Notes under the pieces: model-generated
The model's database searches: none
Told to the model about the DNA's origin: nothing
What the model saw: the letters and a program-made list of their open reading frames with translations, nothing else
Made by a program: the position numbers and the translations under genes
Origin: Atractiella rhizophila
Taxonomy: Eukaryota
Assembly: GCA_021432655.1 (NCBI GenBank)
Contig: MU271368.1
Location: forward strand, 24,929-81,016
DNA: 56,088 nt
Reading direction: 5' to 3'
Shown here: piece after piece, positions 1-12,810 of the stretch
Numbering within the stretch: the first letter of the stretch is position 1
How the letters are laid out: the number at the start of each line of letters is the position of its first letter

Positions 1-385
1 GCATGAACACTGAAACAGCTCCATTCCAAACGGTAGGCAGAGATACATCTGTCTTCCTCCTTCTCAGAAGAGGAAATCATGATTTCTTCAACACAACAGA
101 GGCGCTTCGGTAACGGTAAAAGTGAGTCTCGCGCTCCAACGCAACATCTCGCTTCATGAATCTTTCTACCTGGACGATTTCACTGTTCCTCGACAAGCAC
201 AAACAGCAGCCGACCTTATCAAACAACATATCAGTCGTTCCGATATTACTCTCAACCACTTCTGTTATCAACACTAGACGCCCATACCTAGAACAACACG
301 ATGCACTTCTCAGTAGTTTTCTAGAGTGCGACGGCCTTCTCTATGTAAAGGTGACTTTTTTTCCATCTTGGCTGCTCGAAACGGA
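1..385 (-). pseudogene. Fragment of degenerate repeated hypothetical gene X
   Basis: Near-identical to 4122-4500 and homologous to about 23370-23830. Broken ORFs (LITEVVE..., PFGTYYGRVELF). No domain recognised. Confidence 0.45.
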
Positions 386-1717
386 TGGATTGAATAGCGA
401 GAACAAGGTTGGTTGTGAGTGAAGTAGGAGAAACGTTGGATGGATGAAATGTGAAGTCTTGAGCGAGACATATGAGAATATTCTTCATCAGATTGGCGTG
501 AGAGAAACGCACTGGAAGAGGAAGTAAGATTGTAGCAACACCCAATCGCGATCAACACATCTTGACGTTCTGCACTCCCAGAGCTAACGAAAGCGCGCGA
601 TGTGTCCACAGTAAGATCTCCACAGGCGTGCAAAGCACAAACTAGCCTTCCCTCTTCCTTCTCCGCACGTCCTTCCTGCAGAATTTCTCATGCCATTCTC
701 ATCCAACACTTCCGTTTTCAACGTCAACATCCCTCTCTTATGTTCCTCTTCCTCCTTTTTCTTATATTTCAGACGGTTTGAAAATAACTTCTCTGCTCCA
801 GTGACTTGAGAGGAGCTGCCCTCAATCGCACAGACATCAAGAAGCAGTGGCTCTCCGGTCACAGCAACAGAGAGATGTGCTCGTCCGGATCCAATATCAA
901 TCGCGTTCTCAATTTGTGGTTTATGGCAGAGGAGCGTTTGGGCAAGTGCGATGAAGCGATCGACCTCATGCGCTTTCTTCGGAGACATGCCATGAGGCAA
1001 TCCGTCAGTAAAGGCTTTGGATGTGCTGGACATGGCGTGTGAAGACGAAGTCGCTTTAATTCCTTTGCCAGAGATTTCCCAGCTGAGAGGGGTTTGCCAC
1101 TTGGCTTTCGAGGGAGAGAGCATTCACGACAACGATCCGTGAATGCGTTCAGTGAAGCAAGAGCGTCCGGCTGGGCTGCACCGCAGCCAATATCTCTCGA
1201 AATGAAGATTAAGATTGCAGATAAATGTATGTGACAAGTTGTGAAGGGAATCTCCGGGAGCAGGGAAAGCCAATCCCTACATGCCCAACGACGTTGTAGG
1301 GTTGGGACAAAGCCACCGCGTTGAATATTGGTCTAAGCCATTTAATAGCGAGCAGGGGTATGTCCAAGACGGTGCTCTGCCATTGGTAAATAGACCCAAG
1401 ATATCATCAAAACCATTCAAGTTTACCGGGATGCGCAATGAAGTGCGATCTCAACGCAGCAAACACACCTTCACCTCCCCCCAACTCAGATTTTTGAACG
1501 TGGATTCCACAACACTCCTTGCGAGAATTCCGTCATACGATTCCCTCCCATTCACTTGGGACCATTTCTGCTGCTTTGTTCACATCAACGGTAGTTGGAT
1601 TGATAGGGGACTGTCTGAAGAAAGAATTGCTGGATGAGGAGCAGAGCCGAGCGACGGTGGAATCGTGAAGGAACTCGAGGTTTTTGCAAGTGAAAAGGCA
1701 GTTGGGTGGGAGCACTC
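386..1717 (-). pseudogene. METTL25/RRNAD1-like methyltransferase, copy 1 (3'-truncated, frameshifted)
   Basis: Motifs MSPKKAHEV, DIGSGRAHLS, LHACGDL, GCCY. Frameshift near 690, start codon lost, 3' end replaced by gene X sequence. Confidence 0.85.
1237..1397 (-). ncRNA. Candidate intronic two-hairpin (H/ACA-like) RNA, copy 1
   Basis: Lies in intron 1. Stems AATGGC.GAGCA/TGCTC.GCTATT and CCAACCCTACA/TGTAGGGATTGG, hinge AGACCA (ANANNA), ACA after the second hairpin. Confidence 0.4.
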
Positions 1718-1769
1718 TTTCGTCGAGGTCAAATTGAAACTTGAAACAAAAGATTGGTGCCTCAGTGTT

Positions 1770-2330
1770 GAGTCATGCCCTCCTCAACACGGTTCTTTGC
1801 TTCGCTCCATTTCCTCCGTTCCAACTCGGCGAGAGTTTGCGGCATCGACCACTGCATCCGCAACGCAACGTATCCAAACATCGAAGCACTCCTTCCTCCG
1901 ACAAACGCTCTTGCCTGCGCCTCCAACCCGGGCACTCAGACTATCAGCCACCATCGTTCCCGTCACCACTCCATCGTCCATCTCCTCCCCACTTCAACTT
2001 GTCGGATCCTCTCCAATCACGCCTATCGGATCGAACAACACGTAGCCAGTTAGGATGCGAGCAACAAACTCGCTAAAAACGACTGGTTCAACAGAGAACG
2101 AATGGGGAGGGAGAGCGAGCGGTGTATGTGTTGCCTTTCAAACCCGACGTTACGATACAGGGCAATGCGAGTCAGGCGCGGGAAATCAAAGACCAAATGG
2201 GAAAATGGGCTTCAAGCCGGATGGAATACTTGTCTCTGCTAGAGGTGGTTCGTTGCTTGGACGTGTGTTGATGGGACATGAAGCTGTACGCTGGGATCAC
2301 GGTGCGCTGGCACTCCTTATTATTTTTTTG
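1770..2330 (-). pseudogene. Fragment of degenerate repeated hypothetical gene Y
   Basis: Homologous to 5890-6470, about 28580-29010 and 55870-56088 (MDDGVVTGTM..CRRKECFDVWIRCV). Strand inferred, function unknown. Confidence 0.4.
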
Positions 2331-2349
2331 CATCTTGGCTGCTCGAAAC

Positions 2350-3686
2350 TGATGGATTGAGTAGCGAGAACAAGGTTGGTTGTGAGTGAAAGTAGGAGAA
2401 ACGTTGGATGGATGAAATGGGAAGTCTTGAGCGAGACACATGAGAATATTCTTCATCAGATTAGCGTGAGAGAAACGCACTTGATGAGGAAGTAAGATTG
2501 TAGCAACACCAATCGCGATCAAGACATCTCGACGTTCTGCACTCCCAGAGCTAACGAAAGCGCGCAACGTGTCGACAGTAAGATCTCCACAGTCATGCAA
2601 AGCACAAACGAACCTTCCCTCTTCCTTCTCCGCACGTCCTTCCTGCAGAATTCTCCTGATACCGTTCTCATCCAACACTTCCGCTTTCAACGTCAATGTT
2701 CCTATCTTCTCTTCCTCCTCCTCTTTCTTCTTATATTTCAAACGGTTTGAACTAACTTCTCTGCTCCAGTGACTTGAGAGGAGCTGCCCTCGATCGCACA
2801 GACATCAAGAAGGGGTGGCTCTCTGGTCAAAGCAGCAAAAAGGTGTGCTCGTCCGGATCCAATATCAATCGCGCTCTCAATTTGTGGTTTATCGCAGACA
2901 AGCGTTTGGGCAAGTGCGATGAAGCGATCGACCTCATGAGCTTTCTTCGGAGACATGCCATGAGGCAATCCTCTGGTGAACACTTTGGACGTGCTGGAGA
3001 TGGAGTGTGAACATGAAGTCGCTCTAATTCCTTTGCAATCGATTTCGCAGCTGAGAAGGGTCTGCCGTTTGGCTTCCGAGGAAGAGAGAATTCACGACAG
3101 CGGCCCGTGAATGCTTTCAGAGAAGCAGGAGCATCCGGCTAGACGGCATTTCAGCTATTTCTCGAATGAAGATTAAGATTGCAGATAAATGTATGTAACA
3201 AGTTGAGAAGGGAATCTCTGGGAGCAGGGAAAGCCAATTCCTACATGCCAATGGCGTTGTAGGGTTGGGACAAAGCCACCGCGTTGAATATTGGTCTAAG
3301 CCATTTCATAGCGAGCAGGGGTATGTCTAAGACGGTGCTCTGCCATTGGTAAATAGACCCAAAATCTCACCAAAAGCGATTCAAGGTTACAGAGGTGCGC
3401 AATGAAGCGCGCCATCTCTCAATTTCTTCCCAACAGAGGACACACACCTTCACCAACCCTCGACTCAAATTCTTTCGCGTGCCTTCCACGTCGCTATTTC
3501 TGTAGAGAGTTCCGTCATACCATTCCTGCCATTCGATCGCCTCAGCACATTACAGGTAGTAGGATTCGCAGGACTGTCTAAAGAAAGAATTGCTGGATGA
3601 GGAGCAGAGCCGAGTGATGGTGGAATCGTGAAGGAAACTCGAGGTTTCTGCAAGTGAAAAGGCAGCGGTGGGAACATTATCGACAT
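2350..3686 (-). pseudogene. METTL25/RRNAD1-like methyltransferase, copy 2
   Basis: ATG at 3686 (MSIMFPPLPF), KKAHEV, DIGSG, LHDCGDL. Frameshifts near 2745 and 2510. Same 3' truncation as copies 1 and 3. Confidence 0.85.
3201..3360 (-). ncRNA. Candidate intronic structured RNA, copy 2 (ACA mutated)
   Basis: Same conserved intronic block as 1237-1397; the ACA position reads TCA. Confidence 0.3.
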
Positions 3687-3749
3687 TCTCCGACGAGGTC
3701 AAATTGAAACTTGAACAAAAGATCCTAGCTGCAGTGCTGAGTCATAAGG

Positions 3750-4500
3750 AATGTTCGACTTCCTATGCGAATCTGCACTCGCTCGAGTATTATTACAGGT
3801 TGCCCACAATCGCATTTAAAAATGATGGCAACGTCTGCTCCATCCAATAGTTGAGTTGCGGTAGATACCCCTTGATCCCCATCCTAAATTTTCAAAGATG
3901 AACGGGAAGATGGGTACCGATTCCATTTAAATTGAGCATCAGTTGACTGATTTGGGGTGCAACGTTCAATAGATGCCACTTCTCAACTACCGTATTTCCA
4001 GTTGCTTCTCCATCCGCATAGTGGACAGTCCGCACCAAGTGTCCATTCCGAAAGGGAAACACAGGCATATTCAGCGACCAGACAATGAACAGTTCGACAC
4101 GCCCATAATAGGTGCCAAAAGGCATGAACACTGAAACAGCTCCATTCCAAACGGTAGGCAGAGATACATCTGTCTTCCTCCTTCTCAGAAGAGGAAATCA
4201 TGATTTCTTCAACACAACAGAGGCGCTTCGGTAACGGTAAAAGTGAGTCTCGCGCTCCAACGCAACATCTCGCTTCATGAATCTTTCCACCTGGACGATT
4301 TCACTGTTCCTCGACAAGCACAAACAGCAGCCGACCTTATCAAACGACATATCAGACGTTCCGATATTACCCTCAACCACTTCTGTTATCAACACTAGAC
4401 CCATACCTAGAGCAACACGATGCACTTCTCAGTAGTTTTCTAGAGTGCGACGGCCTTCTCCATGTAAAGGTGACTTTTTTTCCATCTTGGCTGCTCGAAA
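3750..4500 (-). pseudogene. Fragment of degenerate gene X
   Basis: ORFs 4198-4425 and 3892-4131. Homologous to about 22990-23830 and partly to 53620-53680. Confidence 0.45.
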
Positions 4501-4504
4501 CTGA

Positions 4505-5836
4505 TGGATTGAATAGCGAGAACAAGGTTGGTTGTGAGTGAAAGTAGGAGAAACATTGGATGGATGACATGGGAAGTCTTGAGCGAGACATATGAGAATA
4601 TTCTTCATCAGATTGGTGTGAGAGAAACACCGGAAGAGGAAGTAAGATTGTAGCAACACCCAATCGCGATCAAGACATCTTGACATTCCGCACTCGCAGA
4701 GCTAACGAAAGCGCGCAACGTGTCGACAGTAAGATCGCCACAGGCATGCAAAGCACACACGAGCCTCCCCTCTTCCTTCTCCGCACGTCCTTCCTGCAGA
4801 ATTTTCCTGATACCGTTCTCATCCAACACTTCCGCTTTCAACGTCAACATCCCTCTCTTCTCTTCCTCCTCCTTGTTATATTTCAAACGGTTCGAAACTA
4901 ACTTCTCTGCTCCAGTGACTTGAGAGGAGCTGCCCTCGATCGCACAAACATCAAGAAGCAGGGGCTCTCTGGTCAAAGCAGCAGAAAGGTGTGCTCGTCC
5001 GGATCCAATATCAATCGCGCTCTTAATCTGTGGTTCATTGGACAGGAGCGTTTGGGCAAGTGCAATGAAGCGATCGACCTCATGCGCTTTCCTCGGCGAC
5101 ATGCCGTGAGGCAATCCGCTAGTGAGCACTTTGGACGTTCTGGAGATGGAGTGCGAAGATGAAGCCGCTCCAATCGCTTTGCCATCGATTTCCCAGGCGA
5201 GAAAGGGTTTTCCACTTAGCTTCCGAGGGAGAGAGAATTCACGAAAACGATCCTGAATGCGTTCAGTGAAGCAAGAGCGTCCGGCTGGGCTGCACCTCAG
5301 CCAATATCTCTCGAAATGAAGATTAAGATTGCAGATAAATGTATGTGACAAGTTGTGAAGGGAATCTCCGGGGCAGGGAAAGCCAATTCCTACATGCCTA
5401 ATGACGTTGCAGGGTTGGGACAAAGCTACCGCGTTGAATATTGGTCTAAGCCATTTAATAGCGAGCAGGGGTATGTCCAAGACGGTGCTCTGCCATTGGT
5501 AATAGACCCAAAATATCATCAAAACCATTCAAGTTTACAGGGATGTCCAATGAAGTGCGCCATGTCTCAATTTCATCCCAACAGAGGACACACACCTTCA
5601 CCAACCCTCGACTCAAATTCTTTCGCGTGCCTTCCACGTCGCTATTTCCGTAGAGAGTTCCGTCATACCATTCCTGCCATCGATCGCCTCAGCACATTAC
5701 AGGTAGTCGGGTTGGTAGGACTGTCTAAAGAAAGTATTGCTGGATGAGGAGCAGAGCCGAGCGGTGGTGGAATCGTGAAGAAAGTCGAGTCTTCTTTGCA
5801 AATGAAAAGGCAGCGGCGGGAGGACTATTGACAATC
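4505..5836 (-). pseudogene. METTL25/RRNAD1-like methyltransferase, copy 3 (3'-truncated)
   Basis: ORF 4608-5528 contains MSPRKAHEV, DIGSGRAHLS, LHACGDL, GCCY. Start codon reads TTG. C-terminal exon replaced by gene X. Confidence 0.85.
5351..5509 (-). ncRNA. Candidate intronic structured RNA, copy 3
   Basis: Same conserved block with AGACCA hinge and ACA. Confidence 0.4.
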
Positions 5837-5889
5837 TTTCGTCGAGGTCAAATTGTAACTTCGAACAAGATCGTCGCCACCTTTCTGTG

Positions 5890-7130
5890 CTTCAGCGTGA
5901 GTCATGCCCTCCGCCCTCAACACAGTTTTGGCTCGCTCCCTTTAAATTTCCTCCGTTGCGACTCGGCGAGATGTTGCGGTATCGACCACTGCATCCGCTC
6001 ACAACGCAACGTATCCAAACATCGAAACACTCCTTCCTCCGGCAAACGAGTTCTTGCCCGTGCTTACACTCGTGCCCTCGGATTGTTAACCTCATCGTTC
6101 CTGTCACCACTCCATCGTCCATCTCCTCCCATCCTCAACTTGTCGATCCTCTCCAATCACGACCGTCGACTTGAACGACACGTAGCCAGTTAAGATGCGA
6201 GCAACGAACTCGCCAAAAACGATTGTTTGAAGAGAGGAGAGCGGATGGGGATGGAGAGCGAGCGGTGTATGTGTTGCCTTTCAACCCCGAGGTTGTGATA
6301 CAGGGCAATGCGAGTCAGGCGCGGGAAATCAAAGACCAAATGGGAAAGCGGGCTTCAAGCGGCATAGAATACATGTCTGTGTTGGGGGTGGTGGATTGCA
6401 TGGAGTAGTGTTGATGGGACATGAAGAAGTACGCTGGGATCAGAGTGCGCTTGCACTCCTTATCCTCCTCTGCATGAGGGCCACAGCTGATTCGTTCAAC
6501 CAAATGAGCAGTACCAGTCCCTGTTATCGAAACGAGAGGAGCGGCATCGCTCCACGCCTCCCTCCTTGCCTCATACACGGACCACAGTGCGCCGACTCCA
6601 AAACTCGTGTCATTGGAAGCAATAACCTTTGTCGGCTCGGTAGGGCCCAAAGACACTCTCGAAAGAATGTATAAGGCGTTGCCATACTCACAAAGGAGGC
6701 GTAACGAGTGTGATAGTTGAAGACTTAAGGGTAGTGGACATGATTGAACGCTTTGCTGGTTCGTCTTCCTACCTGCTTGCTTTCATCAACAAAATCGTCT
6801 GGGGCTTATAGGGATCGATAGAGACCATCAAATCCTCGTCAAACCTGCCGTCGTAGGTCTTGCACCTTTTTATGCAGATGGAGCGCCGGAGCACTTGAAG
6901 AAGATATTCAAGGGATCTGCTGAAGGACAGAGCAGCCGTGTTTGACGTTTTTGTTTGTGGAGGTAGTCAGGTGTCAATGGCGAAATTGATGGAGTGAAAA
7001 CCACGGTTTGAGGACGTGCCGTTGGGGGATATTAAGGTCTTTCTTAACTGGATCTGTGACGGTGGCATTTCGTTTCCACAAACCTGATCTCAACAAAATC
7101 TGGCTTAACGGTATCGTTGTATCTCATTTG
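5890..7130 (-). pseudogene. Degenerate gene Y / NLR 3' flank
   Basis: Homologous to about 28580-29580 and 8640-9100. Fragmented ORFs with stops. No domain recognised. Confidence 0.35.
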
Positions 7131-7619
7131 GACTTCCAGATACCAACGGATCCTGTTGATATGTCAAGGCACAAATGACGCATCCTCCATTCAAGACTTT
7201 ATGACAGCTGACAGCATTGCTTTGATGAAGAGTTACATCCTGCAATAGGAGGTCAGCTTGCACAAAGCAGTAGCGTTAGAGCACTACCTGAATCATTTTG
7301 ACGCGTAGTCGTTGATCTCTCCGCTTCATCGATGTTCTGAAGCAGATTGTCGCAATTATTGACGTCGGAAGTGGCAAAACAATCCGAGTAAAGCTGACGG
7401 GCGCGACTAACTTCCTCTCGCGCGACGGGGTATTGGGACGATTGGAAGAGGAGTTGGGCCAGATTCTGTCTGCTCCGAGCTTCGTAGTAGCCGCCAACTG
7501 CTTTGCTCAAATTGACTGCTTCCTGCAGAACGTCGATTGCTTTGAACACACTCTGGGAGTCTCCAGTGTAAACCGTGCTTATATTGAAAAGACAATTAAG
7601 TTGACCTCCTAGATCTTGA

Positions 7620-8365
7620 GCCAGCAGGTACAGCTCCTTTGCGTCCTCGAAACGGCTCAGCGCTTCCTCCATCCGACCCCGATGCTGCTCAATCGCCCCG
7701 ATGCTGCGAATGCAGTGTGCTTGGCCCTGCCGATCTTCTACCACCTGATACAGCTCCTTTGCCTCCTCGAAATGGCTCAGCGCTTCATCCATCTGACCGC
7801 GATGCTGCTCGATCTCCCCAATACTGCGAATACAATGAGCTTGCCCTGGTTGATATTCTACCACCTGGTACAGCTCCTTCGCCTCCTCGAAACACCCCAG
7901 CGCTTCCTCCATCTGACCCCGATGCTGCTCAATCTCCCCGATGCTGCGAATGCAGTGGGCTAGCCCCAGCCGATCTTCTACCATCTGGTACAGCTCCTTC
8001 GCCTCCTCAAAATGCCGCAGCGCTTCCTCCATCCGACCCCGATGCTGCTCAATCTTCCCGATGCCGCGAATGCAGTGGGCTAGCCCCAGCCGATCTTCTA
8101 CCATCTGGTACAGCTCCTTCGCGTCCTCAAAACGCCGCAGCGCTTCCTCCGTCTGACCCCGATGCTGCTCAATCTCGCCGATGCTGTGAATGCAGTGGGC
8201 TTGCCCCTGCCGATCTTCTACCGCCTGGTACAGCTCTTTCGCCTCCTCGAAACAGCTGAGCGCTTCCTTCATCCGACCCCGATGCTGTGAATGCAGTGGG
8301 CTTGCCCCCGCCGATCTTCTACCACCTGATATAGCTCCTTCGCCTCCTCAAAATGTTTTAAGGCT
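7620..8365 (-). repeat. 120-bp TPR tandem array, about 6 units (one with a 19-nt deletion)
   Basis: EEAKELYQVVEDRQGQAHCIRSIGEIEQHRGQMEEAL repeated with a 120-nt period. Confidence 0.92.
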
Positions 8366-8638
8366 GTTTGAGGAATTCCCTGCTGTTGAAATGCAAGACC
8401 CATTGCCATTTTCAATTCCGCTTTGACATTCATTTGGAAACTATTGGATTTCGTGGTTGACAAAGCCTGCTGCAACAGTTTGATTGAGAGATGGTGCTGG
8501 AGATACTGAAAGCGCCACATTTCCACAAGGAAATGGACCAACATTGTCGAATCCTGCAGATGTTCAAAACCAACCAGAAGCACATATTCAAGGTTTGCAT
8601 GGTCGTTGCGGAAACACAACAACCCTATCCGTTCACCA

Positions 8639-9817
8639 GAAACAATGTTTAAGGCGTTGGCCTACTCACAAAAGGAGGCGTAATGAGTGTGGGAGTTGAA
8701 GACGTAAGGGGACATGATTGAACGCTTTGCTGGTTCGTCTCCACTCGCCTTGTTTCATTAACAGAAGTCCTGATGCTTATAGGGATCGATAGATGACCAT
8801 CACATCCTCGTCGAACCCGCCGTCGCGGCTCTTGCACTTTTCTATGCAGATGGAGTGCCAGAACTCTTGAAGAAGACATGCAAGGATCTGCTGAAGGATA
8901 GAGCACTGGTGTTTGTCATTGTTGTTTGTGGAGGGATTCAGGAGTCGATGGCGAAGTGGATGGAGTGGAAGAGACGATTTGATGATGTGGCGCTGGGGGT
9001 TATTAAGGTCTTTCGTGGCTGGATGGTGAAGGTGACGGTTCGTTTCCAGAAACCTGATCCCACCAAATATGGTTACACGGCATCGTTATATCTCATTTAG
9101 ACTTCCATATACCAATGGAACCTGTTGAAATATCAAGGCCTCCATCCATGACTTTATGATAGCTGACAACATTGCTTAGACGAAGCGTTACGTCCTGCAA
9201 CAGGATATCAGCTTGCACAAAGCAGTGACGTTAGAGCACTACCTGAATCATTTTGACGCGTCGTCGTTAATCTTTCCGTTTCATCAATCTTCTGAAGCAG
9301 ATTGTCGCAGTCATCTACATCGGAAGTGGCAAAACAATCCGAGTAAAGCTGACGGGCGCGACTAACTTCCTCTCGCGCGACGAGGTATTGGGACGTTCGG
9401 AAGAGGAGTTGGGCCAGGTTCTTTCTACTCCGAGCTTCGTAGTAGCCGCCAACTGCTTTGCTCAAATTGACTGCTTCCTGCAGAACGTCAATTGCTTTGA
9501 ACATACTCTGGGGGTCTCCAGCATAAAGCTCACTTATGTTGAAAAGACAGTTAAGTTGACCTCCTAGGTCTTGATCCAGGAGGTACAGCTCCTTTGCCTC
9601 CTCAAAATGGCTCAGCGCTTCATCCATCTGACCCCGATGCTGCTCGATCCCCCCAATACTGCAAATACAATGAGCTTGCCCTGGTTGATATTCTACCACC
9701 TGGTACAGCTCTTTCGCCTCCTCGAAACGGCTGAGCGCTTCCTCCATCAGACCCCGACGCTGCTGGATCTTCCCGATGCCGCGAATGCAGTGGGCTTGCC
9801 CCTGCCGATCTTCTACC
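8639..9817 (-). repeat. Diverged duplicate of the NLR 3' end and downstream flank (paralogous to about 6661-7900)
   Basis: gaaacaatgtttaaggcgtt at 8639 matches gaaagaatgtataaggcgtt at 6661. Carries the same C-terminal cap QNDSGSALT.LLCAS. Confidence 0.85.
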
Positions 9818-9842
9818 NNNNNNNNNNNNNNNNNNNNNNNNN
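9818..9842. other. Assembly gap (25 N) at a TPR array
   Basis: Run of n. Confidence 0.99.
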
Positions 9843-12301
9843 TCACCATCCACTTCGAATCGTCGCCTATTTTCCCGAGCTTTATCCATGAGACATTCAG
9901 TTAGGGGTTTAAGGGATGGTACAGTGGTTTTAAAAGGCGGGTCACATTGACACACTACGTGGTTGATGTATTCGCGAATCGGTGAAAGCATGCGTAGTCG
10001 TATCACGTTTGACAAGGCATCCTCCACGTTTTCGGCGAGCCCAGTCGACAAAATCGAGGTCATGACCACGTAAGACTGCTCTAAATCAGGCAGACGGGAC
10101 TTCTCCGTAATTGCCACAATATCATTGTTCAAAAGTCCGTCGGTGTCCAAGATAGAACGGCAAGAATAAAAGTGCTTAGGTCTTGATGCACTTCAAGGAG
10201 AGGTGAACTGAGTGAAAAAGCTATCGACCTTGCAAGCGTTGGAGTCTCCTCGCTGTCCTTGTTCCACAGTGTCATTGTCTTCTTTGCCTCCCACTCCTCT
10301 AACAGAGTGGATATACGTTTCGTCGACTCTGCATTGGCGCGAAGAACAAACAGCTTGATTGACAAAGTGTGATGATCCAGCTTGGCGAAAATGGTTTTTG
10401 AGTAGCGGTTCCACACAATCCTCTTTTCCCGTGTACAGGTGGTTGAACAGCTTCAGCAAGGCTGTATCGCTTAGGGCACCAATCGACAGCTCTCGAAATT
10501 TCACATCTGTGACGTTCACGCGATAGATTTGATGTCCTCGATGTGCCACGATGAGAATGGACCCCAACGTATTGTTGGAAGAAAGAATGGTTTGAAAGAA
10601 TGGCTGCAGGTGCTCCGTGTCACGCTCTGCTGTCGTTTCTAAATTGTCCAAGATAAGGAGACACTTGTGACTATGGAAATATCGAGCCACAGCACCAAGC
10701 TCACTTTCGCCAGGTCCAGGGGCTATTGCAAAAGATGTGCCTGCAAAGCTCTCTGGCGAGTGATGAAAATGTGAAGAAAGCGTCGCATCGAGCCCAGAAC
10801 CGAAAGTCTTCCTCCTCACCACCCGCGCAATCGTCGTGAATCCATCTTTGACTTCCTTCGCATGCAAGATTTGTCGGGCCACAGTAGACTTCCCATTGCC
10901 AGCGCCACCGATGATTGCAAGATGTTTGTTGTCGGTGAGGATGCACTTGATTGCCGTCGCAACTTCGTCATCTCTTCCATAACAATCTCCTGGATGAGGC
11001 AACGGAAGCTTTCTGGGCACGGCAATGCGTTGTTTATAGCCTAACCAGGGCTGACTCAGCATGATGCCATCAGTCACGCAACATGGAGAATACCTTTCAC
11101 AAGCAATCTCGTTGCAGAGGACACTTCATGATTCATTGCCTCCATGTAAGCCTTCGCGCAGCCTACAACGTTGTTCTTCCGCTCCCATTCCTCCCACCTG
11201 AAGTCTCCGAATGTATCCACCGAGAAACGATGATAGCAATGACCCATCTCGCGGTCCTGCATCTTCACCTTCACGCTATTCGAAACATTCGAGCAATCCG
11301 CCACTATCGCTTTCAGTGCTTTGGACGTTACCCCCCAATATGGCTCAACTTGACAGCCCTTCCAACCCCGGCCCGAGAGACACAAGACAGGCAATCTCAC
11401 TGCTGGCTCCCCAAATCCGGTTAGCTTCATCGACGGCTACCAATGTAGGGTTATTGGTGCTAAGCTGAACGAAGCCGGTGGAATCTTCGTTCATGGGAGG
11501 AAAGAACGGAGACGGGCAGAGGTAGCCCTCGCGGCCTGCCAGACGAAATATGGGGAAGCCGGTCGAGAGGCAGATCCAGCATGATGAGTGTCGTAGGTGC
11601 GCATCTCCGTGGAAACGACAACGCTGGCTTGATAGCTAGAGAGGACGAACGTCCTGCACCTATCCTGCAGAGATGGGTCCTTCATAGGAACGGGCTTCTG
11701 GGATCTTCTGCGGGGGGTGTGTGTCGCTGAATGATAGAGATCAAAGTCTCTTCGAGTTTCTTCGCCGAGAACAAGTACTCGCCCGTGGAGTCCGAATCCT
11801 CTTCAACAAAGCCGTCTCGCGCGATCTCTTCGTACGCTGCAATGCACTGACGTACTGTCATCCCCAGCCTCCCGAGCATAAGTGCGATCCACCCGCCAGT
11901 AGACGTCCCACAAATGAGATCGAAGACATCGCAAGGTCGAAGTTCTTCACCCTCTGGTACTTTGAGAAGATATGCGGCTTGACGCATGATGGGTTCGAGC
12001 ATGTAGGGAGCTGAGAAAGTGCCAACGCCTCCATTGTCGATAGAAAGGATCCGTAGTCCGAGCGGATTCGTTTTCTTAATATTCTCAGGAATTTTGAACA
12101 CTTTGACGGAATTCGCGGACATGAAGGGCAAAGTCTTGGATTGCAGGATGAATCTCCAAAAACAGCGATTGGGATCGTGGTTATAGGTAGAGGAAGGAAC
12201 TGCCTGAAGCTGGTACAATCTAGTCACTTCCATTAGCCTTGCTTCTATACGTTCCTTGCATACAACATAAATGAATCCAGCTTTGTGCCATTGTCCTCGA
12301 G

Positions 12302-12786
12302 TTAATATTTAAGAGAGCAGATGATCGCAACCTCGCCAAACGTAGTGCTTTGCTGCTCTGTTCGTTGCCTCTGTGCCATCACATATGACACTGTACCTTT
12401 CTCTGCGCCGCACGTGGAAGCTCTTTCCCTTGTTGAATGAATTAAGTCTTGTAAGTCTTTTTGGAACTCTGCCAGCGTACGTGCGCTTTGGAAGCGACGA
12501 GATGAAGAAAGCCAAATCGTGAATGCTTCTTCTGTATCCTTTAAAGAGCAGATTAAGGACAACGGTGAAGCCATATCGATATCATTTCTGCGTTTTTCCT
12601 GCTGCGAAGCGAGCAAATACTCACCTCTGAAAGAGAATTTACGAAATCACGCTTCAGCTCTCTCCAGCTCAGATGCAATGGTCGCTGAATGTTACAATAT
12701 CCCAAATAACTCTTTTCCAATTTTTCCAGACTCCTTGCGCTAGCCTTGGACTTTCTCGCTAAAGATTCAACACTCAATACTTTCAT
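12302..12786 (-). other. Conserved possibly coding block upstream of the NLR (paralog about 36090-36590)
   Basis: Short ORFs with a GTGAGT donor. Conserved upstream of both patatin genes, but reading frames differ between copies. Confidence 0.3.
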
Positions 12787-12810
12787 CGCCGTTTCTGTGC
12801 TCCAACAACT

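Larger units (their letters stand above)
7253..12122 (-). pseudogene. Patatin - NB-ARC - TPR NLR-like receptor, copy A
   Basis: Patatin LRILSIDNGG and DLICGTSTGG; intron 11041-11093; Walker A GGAGNGKST and Walker B LLILDNLE; 40-aa TPR units and C-terminal cap. Many frameshifts relative to copy B (e.g. near 11690, 11505, 10830, 10740, 10405, 10145, 8285). Interrupted by 8639-9842. Confidence 0.88.

Noticed and set aside
1281..1637. Recurrent + strand ORF MPNDVVGLGQSHRVEYWSKPF in several copies
   Set aside because: Antisense to the methyltransferase intron and exon 1. Frames and stops differ among copies, so the conservation is better explained at RNA level.
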